From an uncultured Gammaproteobacteria bacterium (GTDB lineage: Bacteria; Patescibacteriota; Microgenomatia; UBA10105; UBA927): DNA of 64,000 nt. The translations under genes and the position numbers were made by a program. Shown here piece by piece: positions 37,232-47,429 of this stretch; position 1 is the first letter of the stretch, and every line of letters begins with the position of its first letter. The notes beneath the pieces are model-generated. The model ran no database searches and was not told the origin of the DNA. It was given only the letters and a program-made list of their open reading frames with translations. Location of the stretch: contig CAZNKB010000005.1 in NCBI GenBank assembly GCA_964573695.1, positions 46,012 through 110,011 of the forward strand, in the 5' to 3' direction.

Positions 37232-38053
37232 TTATGGTGTAGGCGTTGCCGTAGGTTTTGCGGTTGGCTTGGATGTCGCCTTGGGAGTGGCAGACGGTGT
37301 TGCGTCCTGATCCGCGGATGTCGTTGGTGTGGCCGTCACCGCTGCCCCGGTGATATTCCCAAGATCCAGGATGCGGGAAGCGCTGATTCGGTTTTCCGAC
37401 TTCGGGACCAATGTGCCGACGATGTGTACGGTATCACCAACGGCTATTTTTGAGAATCCGCCCTTCACGATGCCCCCTGTGGCGGTCCAGGAGGTCGCTT
37501 TGGTAGTTTTTTCGATATCCACGGTGACACTTCGGCCTTCGGACGTGTTGACCGTGAGCGAGAATTCCGCTTCATCGACATCAGCGACTACGCCGGACAG
37601 GCGGGTTGTCAGGGTCGTGCTTTCGATGAATATGTATTGTGCCTTGAGTAAATCAAGTGCTTCGTCATAGGTTCCGAAAACAGTTACTGTGTCTTTTGCT
37701 TCCAGTTTTTCCAGATCCAGACTCGTCCGTTTGCCGGAGATAATTTGAGACACAGAGACATCGTCAGTAAGCTCGATTTTTATATCCTTGGTCTTGGTTT
37801 CTACGGTTGCAGAGGTGAGAGAAACAGTCTTCACGGTTCCATACATTGCCCGTTTGACGACGGAACGAAGCTCGGCGACCTTGGTAGCCAACCGAACTTT
37901 GAGCTCTTCAAGTTGCGCGCTTGCCGTCGCTTGAGGGGTTTTCGGTGTGGCAGACGGTGTCGCATTTGTTGCCGCGAAAACTGGAGAACCCTGCAGGAGA
38001 ATCAAGGCAAGGATGCTCACTGTCACACCTGTTTGTATATGTATTTTTTGCAT
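37232..38053 (-). CDS. Secreted protein with two OB-like beta domains and P/T-rich tails
   Basis: Signal peptide, repeated DTVTVFG / DTVHIVG motifs, TPTP tails. Confidence 0.6.
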   Translation of the reverse strand: MQKIHIQTGVTVSILALILLQGSPVFAATNATPSATPKTPQATASAQLEELKVRLATKVAELRSVVKRAMYGTVKTVSLTSATVETKTKDIKIELTDDVSVSQIISGKRTSLDLEKLEAKDTVTVFGTYDEALDLLKAQYIFIESTTLTTRLSGVVADVDEAEFSLTVNTSEGRSVTVDIEKTTKATSWTATGGIVKGGFSKIAVGDTVHIVGTLVPKSENRISASRILDLGNITGAAVTATPTTSADQDATPSATPKATSKPTAKPTATPTP

Positions 38054-38059
38054 AAGTAT

Positions 38060-38515
38060 TTAAAAGTCTTCCGGCGTATAGTACACAATAACTGACTGCG
38101 TTTGGACACTAGCACCCGAATAGCTGGTTACCCGTATTTCGTTTTTTCCTTCCCCGAGAGAAATTTTCCCGGCGTAGGCTCCTTCTGCATTTGCGACGAC
38201 GACGTTTTCGGTTCCTTCGCCTTCTATAACGATAATTGCATTTGCCGGGGAAGCGCCGGAAATGAGTGATTCGTTTTTCGGTTCTATAGCTTCGGGCAAG
38301 GGGCTTTGGATATTGAGAATTTCATTTGGTTTGGGTGTGGGTGTGGGTTTTACCGTTCCCGATTTGGACGAAAACTTACTTATCAGGGAAGAAAAATCAG
38401 GCAAGCGCAAAGGAGGAAAATTTTTAAATATCGTAGGTCCCAAAAAAACAAGCGCGGCGATAATAAGCCCCACTCCGAATCCGATAACGGTTGCCAATAA
38501 TGCATCCTTGTTCAT
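38060..38515 (-). CDS. Membrane-anchored Ig-like domain protein
   Basis: TM helix, then LNIQSP...ISG...LGEGKNEIRVT. Confidence 0.6.
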   Translation of the reverse strand: MNKDALLATVIGFGVGLIIAALVFLGPTIFKNFPPLRLPDFSSLISKFSSKSGTVKPTPTPKPNEILNIQSPLPEAIEPKNESLISGASPANAIIVIEGEGTENVVVANAEGAYAGKISLGEGKNEIRVTSYSGASVQTQSVIVYYTPEDF

Positions 38516-38650
38516 ACTGTGTGAGATATCCTATGTATTAAAAATAATATCAAATATGTTGGGCAGGGGAACCAGCCTCGACTCATAGCGTTGTTGGCGC
38601 GAGGCGGGTGTTGCTTAGGATACTTAAATCTGATATAAAATGCAACTACT

Positions 38651-39286
38651 ATGGAAATACTTCCTTTGGGTCATGCTTCTTTTAAATTTCGAGGAAAACA
38701 GGCAACTGTTGTAACAGATCCCTTTGATGAAAAGGCAGTGGGGATTAAATTCCCAAAGCATACGGACGCCGATATCGTCACTATTTCTCACGGACACGCC
38801 GATCACAATGCGGTAGCAGCCGTGGGCGGGAATCCCTTCGTCGTTTTTGGGGCAGGCGAGTATGAGATAAAAGGCGTATCGATCATCGGAGTAAGCTCAT
38901 TTCATGACGAGACGGCGGGGGCTGATCGGGGAAAAAACACGATGTATCGTATTGAAATAGACGGAGTTCGCGCGCTTCATCTGGGAGATTTGGGACATGT
39001 GTTGTCATCTGCGCAGGTGGATCAGGTTGACGGTATTGACGTGTTGTTTGTGCCAGTCGGTGGGACATATACAATCGATGCAGAAAAAGCAGCGCAGGTA
39101 ATATCCGATTTGGAGCCTCGCATAGTCATCCCCATGCATTACGGAACGGATACGCACAACAAAAATCTTGATCCTGTTTCTGTTTTTTTGAAAAAAATGA
39201 GCAAAGAATCTGTTGTTCCCATGGCTAAATTGACCGTAAGCCGCGATAAACTACCTGCCGAAATGCAAGTCGTCGTACTTGAGTAA
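38651..39286 (+). CDS. MBL-fold metallo-hydrolase
   Basis: LGHASF, TDPF, SHGHADH, HLGDLG, IPMHY. Confidence 0.9.
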   Translation: MEILPLGHASFKFRGKQATVVTDPFDEKAVGIKFPKHTDADIVTISHGHADHNAVAAVGGNPFVVFGAGEYEIKGVSIIGVSSFHDETAGADRGKNTMYRIEIDGVRALHLGDLGHVLSSAQVDQVDGIDVLFVPVGGTYTIDAEKAAQVISDLEPRIVIPMHYGTDTHNKNLDPVSVFLKKMSKESVVPMAKLTVSRDKLPAEMQVVVLE

Positions 39287-39289
39287 ACC

Positions 39290-40639
39290 ATGACGAGCCC
39301 CAAAGTTCCTCCGCACGATAACGTCGCCGAACAGTCGGTGTTGGGAGCAATCCTTATCGACAAAGATACCATGGTCGATGTTGCGGAGTTTTTACGCCCC
39401 CAACATTTCTATTCGCCTATGCATGGGATGATTTTTCAGGCAATGATCGATTTGTACGAAGCGCATGAGCCGATCGACGTCGTTACCATGGCGGCTCAGC
39501 TCAAGACGAAAGGTACGCTCAAAGATGTCGGTGGGACGGCATATCTTTCTGATTTAGTGAATGTGGTGCCGACGAGTGCTCACGCACAGCAATATGCGCG
39601 CATCATCACCGAGCATGCGACAAAACGCAGACTTGTGGAAGCTGCGGCAAAAATTACCGAAATGGCCTTCCGCGAAGAAGGAAATGCACAGGCGATCGTC
39701 AACGATGCAGAGTCAGAAATTTTTGCAATTGCCCAGACCACTACACGGCGAGATTTTATGCCGATAAAGGATGCGCTGGCTTCATCGTTTGACCGTTTGG
39801 ATGAGCTGCATAAACGGGCCGGTGGACTCCGAGGGGTGCCGACTGGATTCAATGAAGTGGATACCAAGCTTGCGGGTATGCAGGACGCGAACCTTATAAT
39901 TTTGGCGGCACGCCCCGGAACCGGGAAAACAGCAATGATTTTAAATATTGCCCAGCACGTGACAGTGAAGGAAAAAATTCCCACCGGAATTTTCTCGCTC
40001 GAAATGAGTAAAGAGGAGCTTGTGGATCGTTTGCTGGTATCCCAGGCGGATATCGACGCATGGAGGCTAAAAACCGGCAAGCTTACCGACGATGATTTTA
40101 CCAAGTTGTCGGACGCCATGGGTGAACTGGCGGAAGCTCCTCTTTATATCGATGATACGCCGGGAATGAACATCATTGAGATGCGCACGAAAGCCAGGCG
40201 TCTTCAGGTGGAACATGGGGTCAAGCTCATCGTCGTCGATTATTTGCAATTGTGTGATCCCGGCCGCAAATTCGATAATCGGGTACAGGAGGTGTCTATT
40301 ATTTCTCAAAGCCTTAAAAACCTCGCACGTGAACTGCGGATTCCGGTGTTGGCGTGTTCACAGCTCTCCCGGGCGGTCGAGTCGCGGGGTACAAGAATTC
40401 CGGAGCTTTCTGATCTTCGTGAGTCAGGCTCGATCGAACAGGATGCGGACGTCGTGATGTTTTTGTATCGGGAGGAGGGGGATCAGGCCATGTGGGGAGA
40501 TCAGATCCAAACCAAACTTCGCATTGCCAAGCACAGAAACGGCCCCTTAGGCGAAATAGACCTTATTTTCCGAGGAGATCGTATCCGGTTTTATTCCGTG
40601 GAGCGAAAACACACCGAAGCACCTCCTGCAGTTCACTAA
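39290..40639 (+). CDS. dnaB: Replicative DNA helicase
   Basis: AEQSVLG, ARPGTGKT, FSLEM, VDYLQL, SQLSR, DLRESGSIEQDAD, AKHRNGP; no intein. Confidence 0.97.
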   Translation: MTSPKVPPHDNVAEQSVLGAILIDKDTMVDVAEFLRPQHFYSPMHGMIFQAMIDLYEAHEPIDVVTMAAQLKTKGTLKDVGGTAYLSDLVNVVPTSAHAQQYARIITEHATKRRLVEAAAKITEMAFREEGNAQAIVNDAESEIFAIAQTTTRRDFMPIKDALASSFDRLDELHKRAGGLRGVPTGFNEVDTKLAGMQDANLIILAARPGTGKTAMILNIAQHVTVKEKIPTGIFSLEMSKEELVDRLLVSQADIDAWRLKTGKLTDDDFTKLSDAMGELAEAPLYIDDTPGMNIIEMRTKARRLQVEHGVKLIVVDYLQLCDPGRKFDNRVQEVSIISQSLKNLARELRIPVLACSQLSRAVESRGTRIPELSDLRESGSIEQDADVVMFLYREEGDQAMWGDQIQTKLRIAKHRNGPLGEIDLIFRGDRIRFYSVERKHTEAPPAVH

Positions 40640-40680
40640 ATGTTACTGCGTCTATTCGTATTTTGGGTTATAATACTTTC

Positions 40681-40824
40681 ATTGATAAACGATTATTGCC
40701 GAGGTGGCACTGCGGTCGTTGCCGCAGCACAACAGGATATTGATAAACGATTATTGCCGAGGTGGCACTGCGGTCGTTGCCGCAGCACAACAGGATATTG
40801 ATAAACGATTATTGCCGAGGTGGC
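40681..40824 (+). repeat. 58-bp tandem repeat (2.5 copies) containing the first 11 nt of tRNA-Leu
   Basis: Exact units 40681-40738 and 40739-40796; partial unit 40797-40824 runs into the tRNA. Confidence 0.9.
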
Positions 40825-40901
40825 GGAATGGCAGACGCTCAGGTCTCAAAAACCTGTGAGGTTAACCCCTCGTGGAGGTTCGACTCCTCTCCTCGGCACC
40901 A
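40814..40901 (+). tRNA. tRNA-Leu(CAA)
   Basis: GCCGAGG/CCTCGGC acceptor stem, CAGGT-CTCAAAA-ACCTG anticodon arm, long variable arm, GTTCGA T-loop, encoded CCA. Confidence 0.95.
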
Positions 40902-40927
40902 AGGTGTTATGATATAGTGAAGCATAT

Positions 40928-41881
40928 ATGAAACTATCCAAACTCTACAGACTTGCCGTTGATATGGGCATCGCTTCGGACCCGCGAGGGAAAGAAGGGA
41001 TAAATAAGCTTCTTGCCCGCCGAAAAAAAGAATTCGATGAGCTTCCGAAATCCAAGCAGGCAGAATATGATCCCGAGGATTTAGTTAACCCATATTCGGA
41101 TTCACGCATTTTTTGGGGAGAGCCGGATCTCGAGGTGGATTCGATTATGGCGGGTATCGATATCAATGCGGCAGAAGTTTTGCTTGCCGACCGCCTGAAC
41201 CAGAAAGGTGAGAGTATCGATCTTTTGCTTACCCATCACCCGGAGGGCGCCTCGCTTGCATCATTGCATGAAGTCATGGATGTCCAGGCGGATATCTGGG
41301 CAGATTATGGTGTCCCTATTAATATCGCCGAGGGAGTCATGAGAGAGAGAATCCTTGAAGTACAGCGAAGGTTTAGTCCGGTAAACCACGCGGAAGCCAT
41401 TGACGCCGCCAAATTACTCGGGCTGGCGTTTATGGGTATGCATACCGTGACGGATAATCTCGTGCATCAGTACATGGAGCGTTTATTCCAAAAAGCAGCT
41501 CCGGATACCGTAGGAGAAGTTCTTGATATCCTCAAAAAAGAACCGGAATATCAGGAGGCCATGAAAGGCAAAGCAGGGCCTATGATTTTTGCGGGAGACC
41601 CAAAGAATCGCGCAGGTAAAGTTGCTCCGATCGAATTTACGGGAGGAACCGAACCCTCACACATTATCTACGAAAAGTTAGCTATGGCAGGAGTAGGGAC
41701 GGTGATCGGTATGCACGCAGGGGAGGAGCATCGGAAAGAAGCACTTAAATACCACATCAATTTAGTGATCGCGGGGCACATGAGTTCGGATAGTTTGGGT
41801 ATGAACCTTCTTTTGGATGCGTTCGAGAAAGAAGGGATAAAAATTCTTCCGTGTTCCGGACTTATCCGGGTTGTAAGATAA
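40928..41881 (+). CDS. NIF3/DUF34-family metal-binding protein
   Basis: GID, THHP, HTVTDN, AGHMSSDSLG. Confidence 0.85.
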   Translation: MKLSKLYRLAVDMGIASDPRGKEGINKLLARRKKEFDELPKSKQAEYDPEDLVNPYSDSRIFWGEPDLEVDSIMAGIDINAAEVLLADRLNQKGESIDLLLTHHPEGASLASLHEVMDVQADIWADYGVPINIAEGVMRERILEVQRRFSPVNHAEAIDAAKLLGLAFMGMHTVTDNLVHQYMERLFQKAAPDTVGEVLDILKKEPEYQEAMKGKAGPMIFAGDPKNRAGKVAPIEFTGGTEPSHIIYEKLAMAGVGTVIGMHAGEEHRKEALKYHINLVIAGHMSSDSLGMNLLLDAFEKEGIKILPCSGLIRVVR

Positions 41882-41889
41882 CGCGAGTA

Positions 41890-42363
41890 TTAGGCAAGAA
41901 GAAATACAAAAAATACCACGGTAGCAACCTGCGTGACGACTCCCAGGGGCAATTGGGCCTTCGCATGAAATACGTTAGGTATTTTATAGAATGCATAACT
42001 TACTTTTTCCAACACACCGGCATTTTTGAGCGGAGCATGTTTATTCTGATGGGCATAGAAGATATACCAGGGGGTTTCAAGCCAGTCAGGTATTATGGCT
42101 GCCATAACGGTCGTTGCCCAAAGCACGAGTGGCAAGTGCTGGCCGAAAAAATAATACGATAATGCTATTCCTACGATAGTTTCGGCAATGGCAAAAAATC
42201 CAGTTGTTTTTTTTGCGCGGGATCTCCAGTTTGTTCCGAAGTCCCAGTGTGGAATGCTATCCATGATAAAGTGCGATGCAAGCGCCATGATTCCAGCGAC
42301 ACCCGGATCGGAAAATCGCGATGCTAAAGCGCCTGCCACAAGTGCGTGAGCGGTTGCAGTCAT
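41890..42363 (-). CDS. Membrane-bound metal-dependent hydrolase-like protein
   Basis: TAHALVAG, SHFIMDSIPHWD, IPD. Confidence 0.65.
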   Translation of the reverse strand: MTATAHALVAGALASRFSDPGVAGIMALASHFIMDSIPHWDFGTNWRSRAKKTTGFFAIAETIVGIALSYYFFGQHLPLVLWATTVMAAIIPDWLETPWYIFYAHQNKHAPLKNAGVLEKVSYAFYKIPNVFHAKAQLPLGVVTQVATVVFFVFLLA

Positions 42364-42421
42364 GTTTCTATTGTATGATAAGATGATTTATGTTGCAAAG
42401 CGTGAAGACCTTCTGTCGTAT

Positions 42422-43726
42422 ATGAAAGTCACACAAATTACCCAAAAAATGGATCCGGTACTCGACGTTTTGAAGAACCGATTGTTTACAAGGCTTTGGA
42501 TCGGACAGATGACCAGCCAGCTCGCAAGCAACATGCTGATATTCATGCTGGCACTCCTTATGTATCACAAAACGGGGAGCAATGTCGCTGTTTCCGGATT
42601 ATTTCTTTCCTATGGGTTGCCTTCGCTTCTCTTCGGCGTTATGGTTGGCACTATTGTCGATCGGCTGGACCGCCGAGCAGTGCTTTTAGTCGCACATGTC
42701 ACGCGGGCGCTTCTGGTGTTTGCGGTGCTGGTTGTTAGTGAGCGAATTTCCGCTGTGTACCTTATTGTTTTTGCATACGCCGTAATCAATCAGCTCACCA
42801 CACCTTCTGAAGTCCCGCTTATTCCGCAGTTTGTTCCGAAGAGTCATTTGGTGAGTGCAAATAGCCTTTTTTCATTTACGTTTTATAGTAGTATGGCTAT
42901 TGGTCTGATTTCGGCAGGACCCGTACTCCGTTTTTTGGGCCGTGACGGCTCACATATACTGATATTTTCCCTCTACATTATTGCTGCGGTATCGGTTTTT
43001 GGCATTCCTCCGCAGGGAGAGGGGATCAAATCGCTTCGCCGAGTATTCCAGTATGATTTTTTCTATATCGTCAAGCGGTTTTTGGCCAATATGCAAATGG
43101 GCGTACAATATGTGGCCAAATCCCGAGTGCTTCGCGATGCAGTGGTGTTGCTTACCGGCACCCAAATCATGCTTGTATTGCTTGGTACTTTAGGGCCCGG
43201 GTTTGCAGATACCGTGCTCAAGATTGATGTGCGGGATGCGTCGCTTCTTATCGTGGGGCCGACAATCGTGGGTATTTTGAGTGGTTCACTTTGGGTGGGG
43301 AACCGGGGATATAAATACTCCTCCCATAGTCTTATGAATATTGGAGTGCTTTCCGCAGGTGTCATATTGATTTCGACGGCTCTGTTGTTCGGGGCCGCAA
43401 ACACAGTGTGGTTTGCTCTGTTGCCGCGACCTCTTGTGTTGACTGTTGCTCTGGCGCTCTTTTTTTTCCTCGGGGTGGCCAACAGCCTGCTTGATGTACC
43501 CAGCAATACTATACTTCAGAGAGAAGCAGAAGGCGATATGCGGGGGAGAGTGTATGGGATTCTTTCGGCTTCAGTTGGGGGAGCAGGAATACTCCCCGTG
43601 GTCATAAGCGGAGTACTCGCAGACCTTATCGGGGTTGGGCAGGTTATTTTTTTGCTTGGTCTCGTGGTAACATTATATGCGGCTTACCGTTTGTTAGTGG
43701 AGCGCAAAAAATACGAAATGACGTAA
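42422..43726 (+). CDS. MFS transporter
   Basis: 12 TM helices, GTIVDRLDRR motif A, MRGRVYG. Confidence 0.9.
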   Translation: MKVTQITQKMDPVLDVLKNRLFTRLWIGQMTSQLASNMLIFMLALLMYHKTGSNVAVSGLFLSYGLPSLLFGVMVGTIVDRLDRRAVLLVAHVTRALLVFAVLVVSERISAVYLIVFAYAVINQLTTPSEVPLIPQFVPKSHLVSANSLFSFTFYSSMAIGLISAGPVLRFLGRDGSHILIFSLYIIAAVSVFGIPPQGEGIKSLRRVFQYDFFYIVKRFLANMQMGVQYVAKSRVLRDAVVLLTGTQIMLVLLGTLGPGFADTVLKIDVRDASLLIVGPTIVGILSGSLWVGNRGYKYSSHSLMNIGVLSAGVILISTALLFGAANTVWFALLPRPLVLTVALALFFFLGVANSLLDVPSNTILQREAEGDMRGRVYGILSASVGGAGILPVVISGVLADLIGVGQVIFLLGLVVTLYAAYRLLVERKKYEMT

Positions 43727-43736
43727 TGAATTTGCT

Positions 43737-44579
43737 ATGATACCCACTCTTATCCCAATCGAGCACGGCGGCATCATTGTGTTCAATTGTTTTATCATCG
43801 TTGCTTGGCTTGTTTTTTCGTTTCTTTTTTGGCGCGGGTTGCGCGCTGTGGCGGTTGAAGAGGACCGGATTTTTGATCTGACGTTTTATGCAACTATGGT
43901 GGCATTTGTCGCTTCCCGGTTTGGTTTTGTGGTGTCTCATTGGGAATTGTTCAGCGGAAAATCCCCACTCCTGATCGTGGCGCTATGGGTATCTCCAGGA
44001 CTTTCGTGGGTTTCGGCTTTGATTGGCGGGCTGCTCGCGTGTGTTTTTTTGAGCCGACAATATAAAATCCGTTTGGGGCATGTGCTGGATACTCTGGCGG
44101 CTGCTCTGCCGCTTCCTGTTATTTTGGGGAAGGCGGGCTCATTGCTTACGGGTATTGAATCCGGCGTGCGAACGACTATCCCATGGATACAACGGGACGG
44201 TGCGAGCCTTGTCGTAGAGCACCCGGTACAGCTTTACGAAATGCTTGTTTTGGTCATTATTAGTATTGTTGTGCTCAGGTTAGGCCAAGTATCGGTGGTC
44301 AAAAAATGGCCGTATGGCATCGTGGGTATATGGTTTCTCCTTTTATACGCAACGGGCGGGTTTGCGCTTGAATTCTTGAAAGATTCTCGTGTATACTGGA
44401 GTACGTTAACCGCCAATCAATGGATGTTGATTGGCATTTTTGCTGAATGCGTCGGCGTATTGTACGTTCGGGGCGGAGGAAGGGAGCGCTTACGGCCATT
44501 TGCACATAAAACGATCGCGTTTATACAGGAGAAAGGAAAAAAGTTTCATGAATCAATTTCCAAAAGACACCCTCATTGA
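43737..44579 (+). CDS. lgt: Prolipoprotein diacylglyceryl transferase-like protein
   Basis: MIPTL, SRFGFV, GLSW..ALIGG, HPVQLYE. Confidence 0.7.
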   Translation: MIPTLIPIEHGGIIVFNCFIIVAWLVFSFLFWRGLRAVAVEEDRIFDLTFYATMVAFVASRFGFVVSHWELFSGKSPLLIVALWVSPGLSWVSALIGGLLACVFLSRQYKIRLGHVLDTLAAALPLPVILGKAGSLLTGIESGVRTTIPWIQRDGASLVVEHPVQLYEMLVLVIISIVVLRLGQVSVVKKWPYGIVGIWFLLLYATGGFALEFLKDSRVYWSTLTANQWMLIGIFAECVGVLYVRGGGRERLRPFAHKTIAFIQEKGKKFHESISKRHPH

Positions 44580-44910
44580 CATAAAGACGCACTTGGACGA
44601 AGAAAAATCCCGGTTACTTTCCCGTATTTCGGAACTTAGCGTGCAGGATCCGTTTAGTGATCCGGACAGATCGAATGATAACGCAGCCAGTGACACCGAA
44701 GCCAGTGAAGAAAGTAATCACGATCGTGTATCGGCACTTGTCGCTGAGCTTAAGGTGCAGGCGGATGAAGTGGAAGCGGCACTTCAGAAGATTACCGACG
44801 GCACCTATGGATTTTGTGTGGAATGCAAAGATATGATAGATACCGATCGGTTGGCGATACATCCCACAGCTACCATGTGTCTTTCCTGCGAGTCCAAGAA
44901 AAAAAAGTGA
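44548..44910 (+). CDS. DksA/TraR C4-type zinc finger protein
   Basis: ALQKI..GTYGFCVEC...RLAIHP..TMCLSC. Confidence 0.9.
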   Translation: MNQFPKDTLIDIKTHLDEEKSRLLSRISELSVQDPFSDPDRSNDNAASDTEASEESNHDRVSALVAELKVQADEVEAALQKITDGTYGFCVECKDMIDTDRLAIHPTATMCLSCESKKKK

Positions 44911-44953
44911 CCAATTCCTTATGGTCTCCCAAGGCGAGCCGAAGGGCCTTTTT

Positions 44954-45667
44954 ATGACGTTAGATATCCCCATACTTTACGAAGACGAAAGTTTTATCGT
45001 CATAAATAAGCCTCCTGGTATTGTGGTAAACAGAGCTGATTCAGTGAAAGAAGAAACTGTGCAGGACTGGGCGGAGCCGCGAGTGCTTACTCATGGAGCG
45101 AATCCAGTAAACGAGGAAGAAAAGGTTTTTTTTGATCGGGCCGGGATAGTGCATCGGATCGACAAAGAAACTTCAGGATGTCTTATTATCGCCAAGCATC
45201 CAAACGAATTTATGGATATGCAGCGGCAATTTAAAGAGCGGACAGTCAAAAAAACATATCTGGCAATCGCACATGGCAAAATACTTCCCGAGGCGGGAGA
45301 AATACACGCGCCTGTTGGCAGGCTGCCTTGGAATCGCGAACGGTTCGGTATTCTGCCTGGCGGCAAGGACGCCGTGACCAAATATCAGGTAGTACGATAT
45401 GCACATACCCATGACGAGGATATTTCACTCGTCTCCTTGTTTCCCGAAACCGGACGGACGCATCAGATACGGGTACATCTTAAGTACCTCAATCACCCCA
45501 TAATAGGAGACTGGCAATACGCCGGACGAAAAACCGCCAGGGCTGATAGGCTATGGGCGCCGAGGGTTATGTTGCATGCGTGGAAAGTTTCATTTATCCA
45601 TTCCGTGAGTCACCAAGAACTTGCAATTGAAGCGCCGGTGCCGGATGATATGAAGAGTATCATCTAA
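44954..45667 (+). CDS. RluA-family pseudouridine synthase
   Basis: NKPPG, HRIDKETSG, TGRTHQIRVH, LHA. Confidence 0.93.
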   Translation: MTLDIPILYEDESFIVINKPPGIVVNRADSVKEETVQDWAEPRVLTHGANPVNEEEKVFFDRAGIVHRIDKETSGCLIIAKHPNEFMDMQRQFKERTVKKTYLAIAHGKILPEAGEIHAPVGRLPWNRERFGILPGGKDAVTKYQVVRYAHTHDEDISLVSLFPETGRTHQIRVHLKYLNHPIIGDWQYAGRKTARADRLWAPRVMLHAWKVSFIHSVSHQELAIEAPVPDDMKSII

Positions 45668-45674
45668 TGCACTC

Positions 45675-47420
45675 ATGTCTCATTCGCTTTCCCTCATAAC
45701 CACCTTTCTTATGCTTCTTGCAGCCGCTCTCGCGGGAGGATCTTTGGCGGTTCGCCTGAGACTTCCTTCGATTGTAGGTTATATTGCAGGAGGAATTCTC
45801 ATCGGGAATGTATTCTCAAAAGTTTTTGACCACCAGCTCATCTCAATCATCGCGGAGGCGGGTGTGACGCTTTTGCTGTTTACGCTAGGGGTGGAATTTT
45901 CGTTCCACCGGCTTAAGCGAATTCTTCACGCTATCGCCTGGCCGGCAATTGCCCAAATGGTCATAACACTTCTCGTTGTGCTTTTGTCTCTTATAGCGCT
46001 TAAGATGTCATTTATCCCTGCATTGTTTCTCTCCTGCGCCGCGGCTCTTTCCTCAACGGCTATTGTGGTTAAGTTGCTCTCCGAGCGGGGAGAACTCGAT
46101 TCTGTTCCGGGAGAGTTGGCTACGGGTTGGCTTGTCGTACAGGATTTGGCTGTGGTGCCTATTCTTATCCTGCTCTCGGCTGTTGCCGGTGTGAGTGCGG
46201 GGTCAGGCTCTGTTATCCCCGTTATGGGTACGATTGTTGTCGCTATGCTCAAAGCCGGCGTGCTCATTCTGCTCGTGTTGTACTTGGGGAGCAAGGGGGT
46301 ACCGGCACTCTTAAGTACTGTTGCGGGATTTCGGAATCGTGAATTTTTCTTGTTGACTACGATTGGTATCGTGTTTTTTGTTGGATTACTTACCTATGCC
46401 GCCGGACTGTCTGTTTCTTTGGGGGCATTTTTGGCCGGCTTATTGGTGGCGGAATCCAGTCAGAATCATGCAGTATTTTCGGAAATACGGCCGCTTCGGG
46501 ATTTGTTTGCCGTTGTGTTTTTTGTCTCACTTGGTTTGTCTTTGCCTATAAGCACACTAATTGAGTCGTTTCCTGCAATCCTTGTTATGACTCTTTCCGT
46601 GGTGTTTATCAAAGGGGGTAGTATTTTCGGATTACTTCGGTTTTTGGGATATCATCGGAAAACAGCTTTTTTGGTCGGGATGTATCTTATACAGATAAGT
46701 GAATTCGGGTTTGTCATCGCAGGCACTGGGATAGCTTTGGGAGCGCTTTCAGAAAACCAATCCGCCATGCTTGTCGCAGTGACGTTTATCACAATTTTAT
46801 TGTCCAGCCCGCTTATTAGTCGTGCACATGAGGTGTATTATTCGGTTCATTCGTTTATGAAACGGTTTCCTAAGTTGTTTCCGGAGTCGACTGTTTTAGA
46901 TATATCAGGGCCGCAAAATGAAGGCAAAACCTCGGACGGGTATCCAATCCGTGACCACGTAGTTATTTGCGGATATGGCAGAGTCGGCAAATACATAGGG
47001 CGGGCGCTTGAGATGAGCAGCATTCCATTTCTTGTCATTGATTATAACCAGCACACGCTCTCCGGTCTTCGGGGAGCAGGGATTCAAACGGTGTATGGTG
47101 ATCCCGCTGATAAGGAGGTGCTGGATTTTGCACAGGTTGACTATGCGAAGTCGCTTATTATCGCCATTCCCGACAGGCACACGCAGGAAATGGTCATTGG
47201 CAATGCGCTTTCCCTCAATAGAAGAATAAAAATTATTTGCCGCACTCACCACGAAGAAGATCAGCGTCGGCTCAAATCACTTGGAGTGCAAACGCTTGTG
47301 CAACCCGAGTTTGAAGCAGCGCTTACTATCGTCACAAAATTATTAACTGATTTCGATATCCCGGCCGAGGAAATTGCCGGTCGCATGAGCCGGCTCAAAA
47401 TTGAACACGGAATAGGGTAA
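45675..47420 (+). CDS. CPA2 cation:proton antiporter with TrkA-N domain
   Basis: LSSTAIV, VVQDL, GAFLAG, QISEF, ICGYGRVG. Confidence 0.92.
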   Translation: MSHSLSLITTFLMLLAAALAGGSLAVRLRLPSIVGYIAGGILIGNVFSKVFDHQLISIIAEAGVTLLLFTLGVEFSFHRLKRILHAIAWPAIAQMVITLLVVLLSLIALKMSFIPALFLSCAAALSSTAIVVKLLSERGELDSVPGELATGWLVVQDLAVVPILILLSAVAGVSAGSGSVIPVMGTIVVAMLKAGVLILLVLYLGSKGVPALLSTVAGFRNREFFLLTTIGIVFFVGLLTYAAGLSVSLGAFLAGLLVAESSQNHAVFSEIRPLRDLFAVVFFVSLGLSLPISTLIESFPAILVMTLSVVFIKGGSIFGLLRFLGYHRKTAFLVGMYLIQISEFGFVIAGTGIALGALSENQSAMLVAVTFITILLSSPLISRAHEVYYSVHSFMKRFPKLFPESTVLDISGPQNEGKTSDGYPIRDHVVICGYGRVGKYIGRALEMSSIPFLVIDYNQHTLSGLRGAGIQTVYGDPADKEVLDFAQVDYAKSLIIAIPDRHTQEMVIGNALSLNRRIKIICRTHHEEDQRRLKSLGVQTLVQPEFEAALTIVTKLLTDFDIPAEEIAGRMSRLKIEHGIG

Positions 47421-47429
47421 AATAGTCGG

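Noticed and set aside
40681-40824. 28-bp repeats with 30-bp spacers look like a mini CRISPR array
   Set aside because: Both spacers are identical, the repeat is the tRNA leader and 5' end, and there are no cas genes in the window
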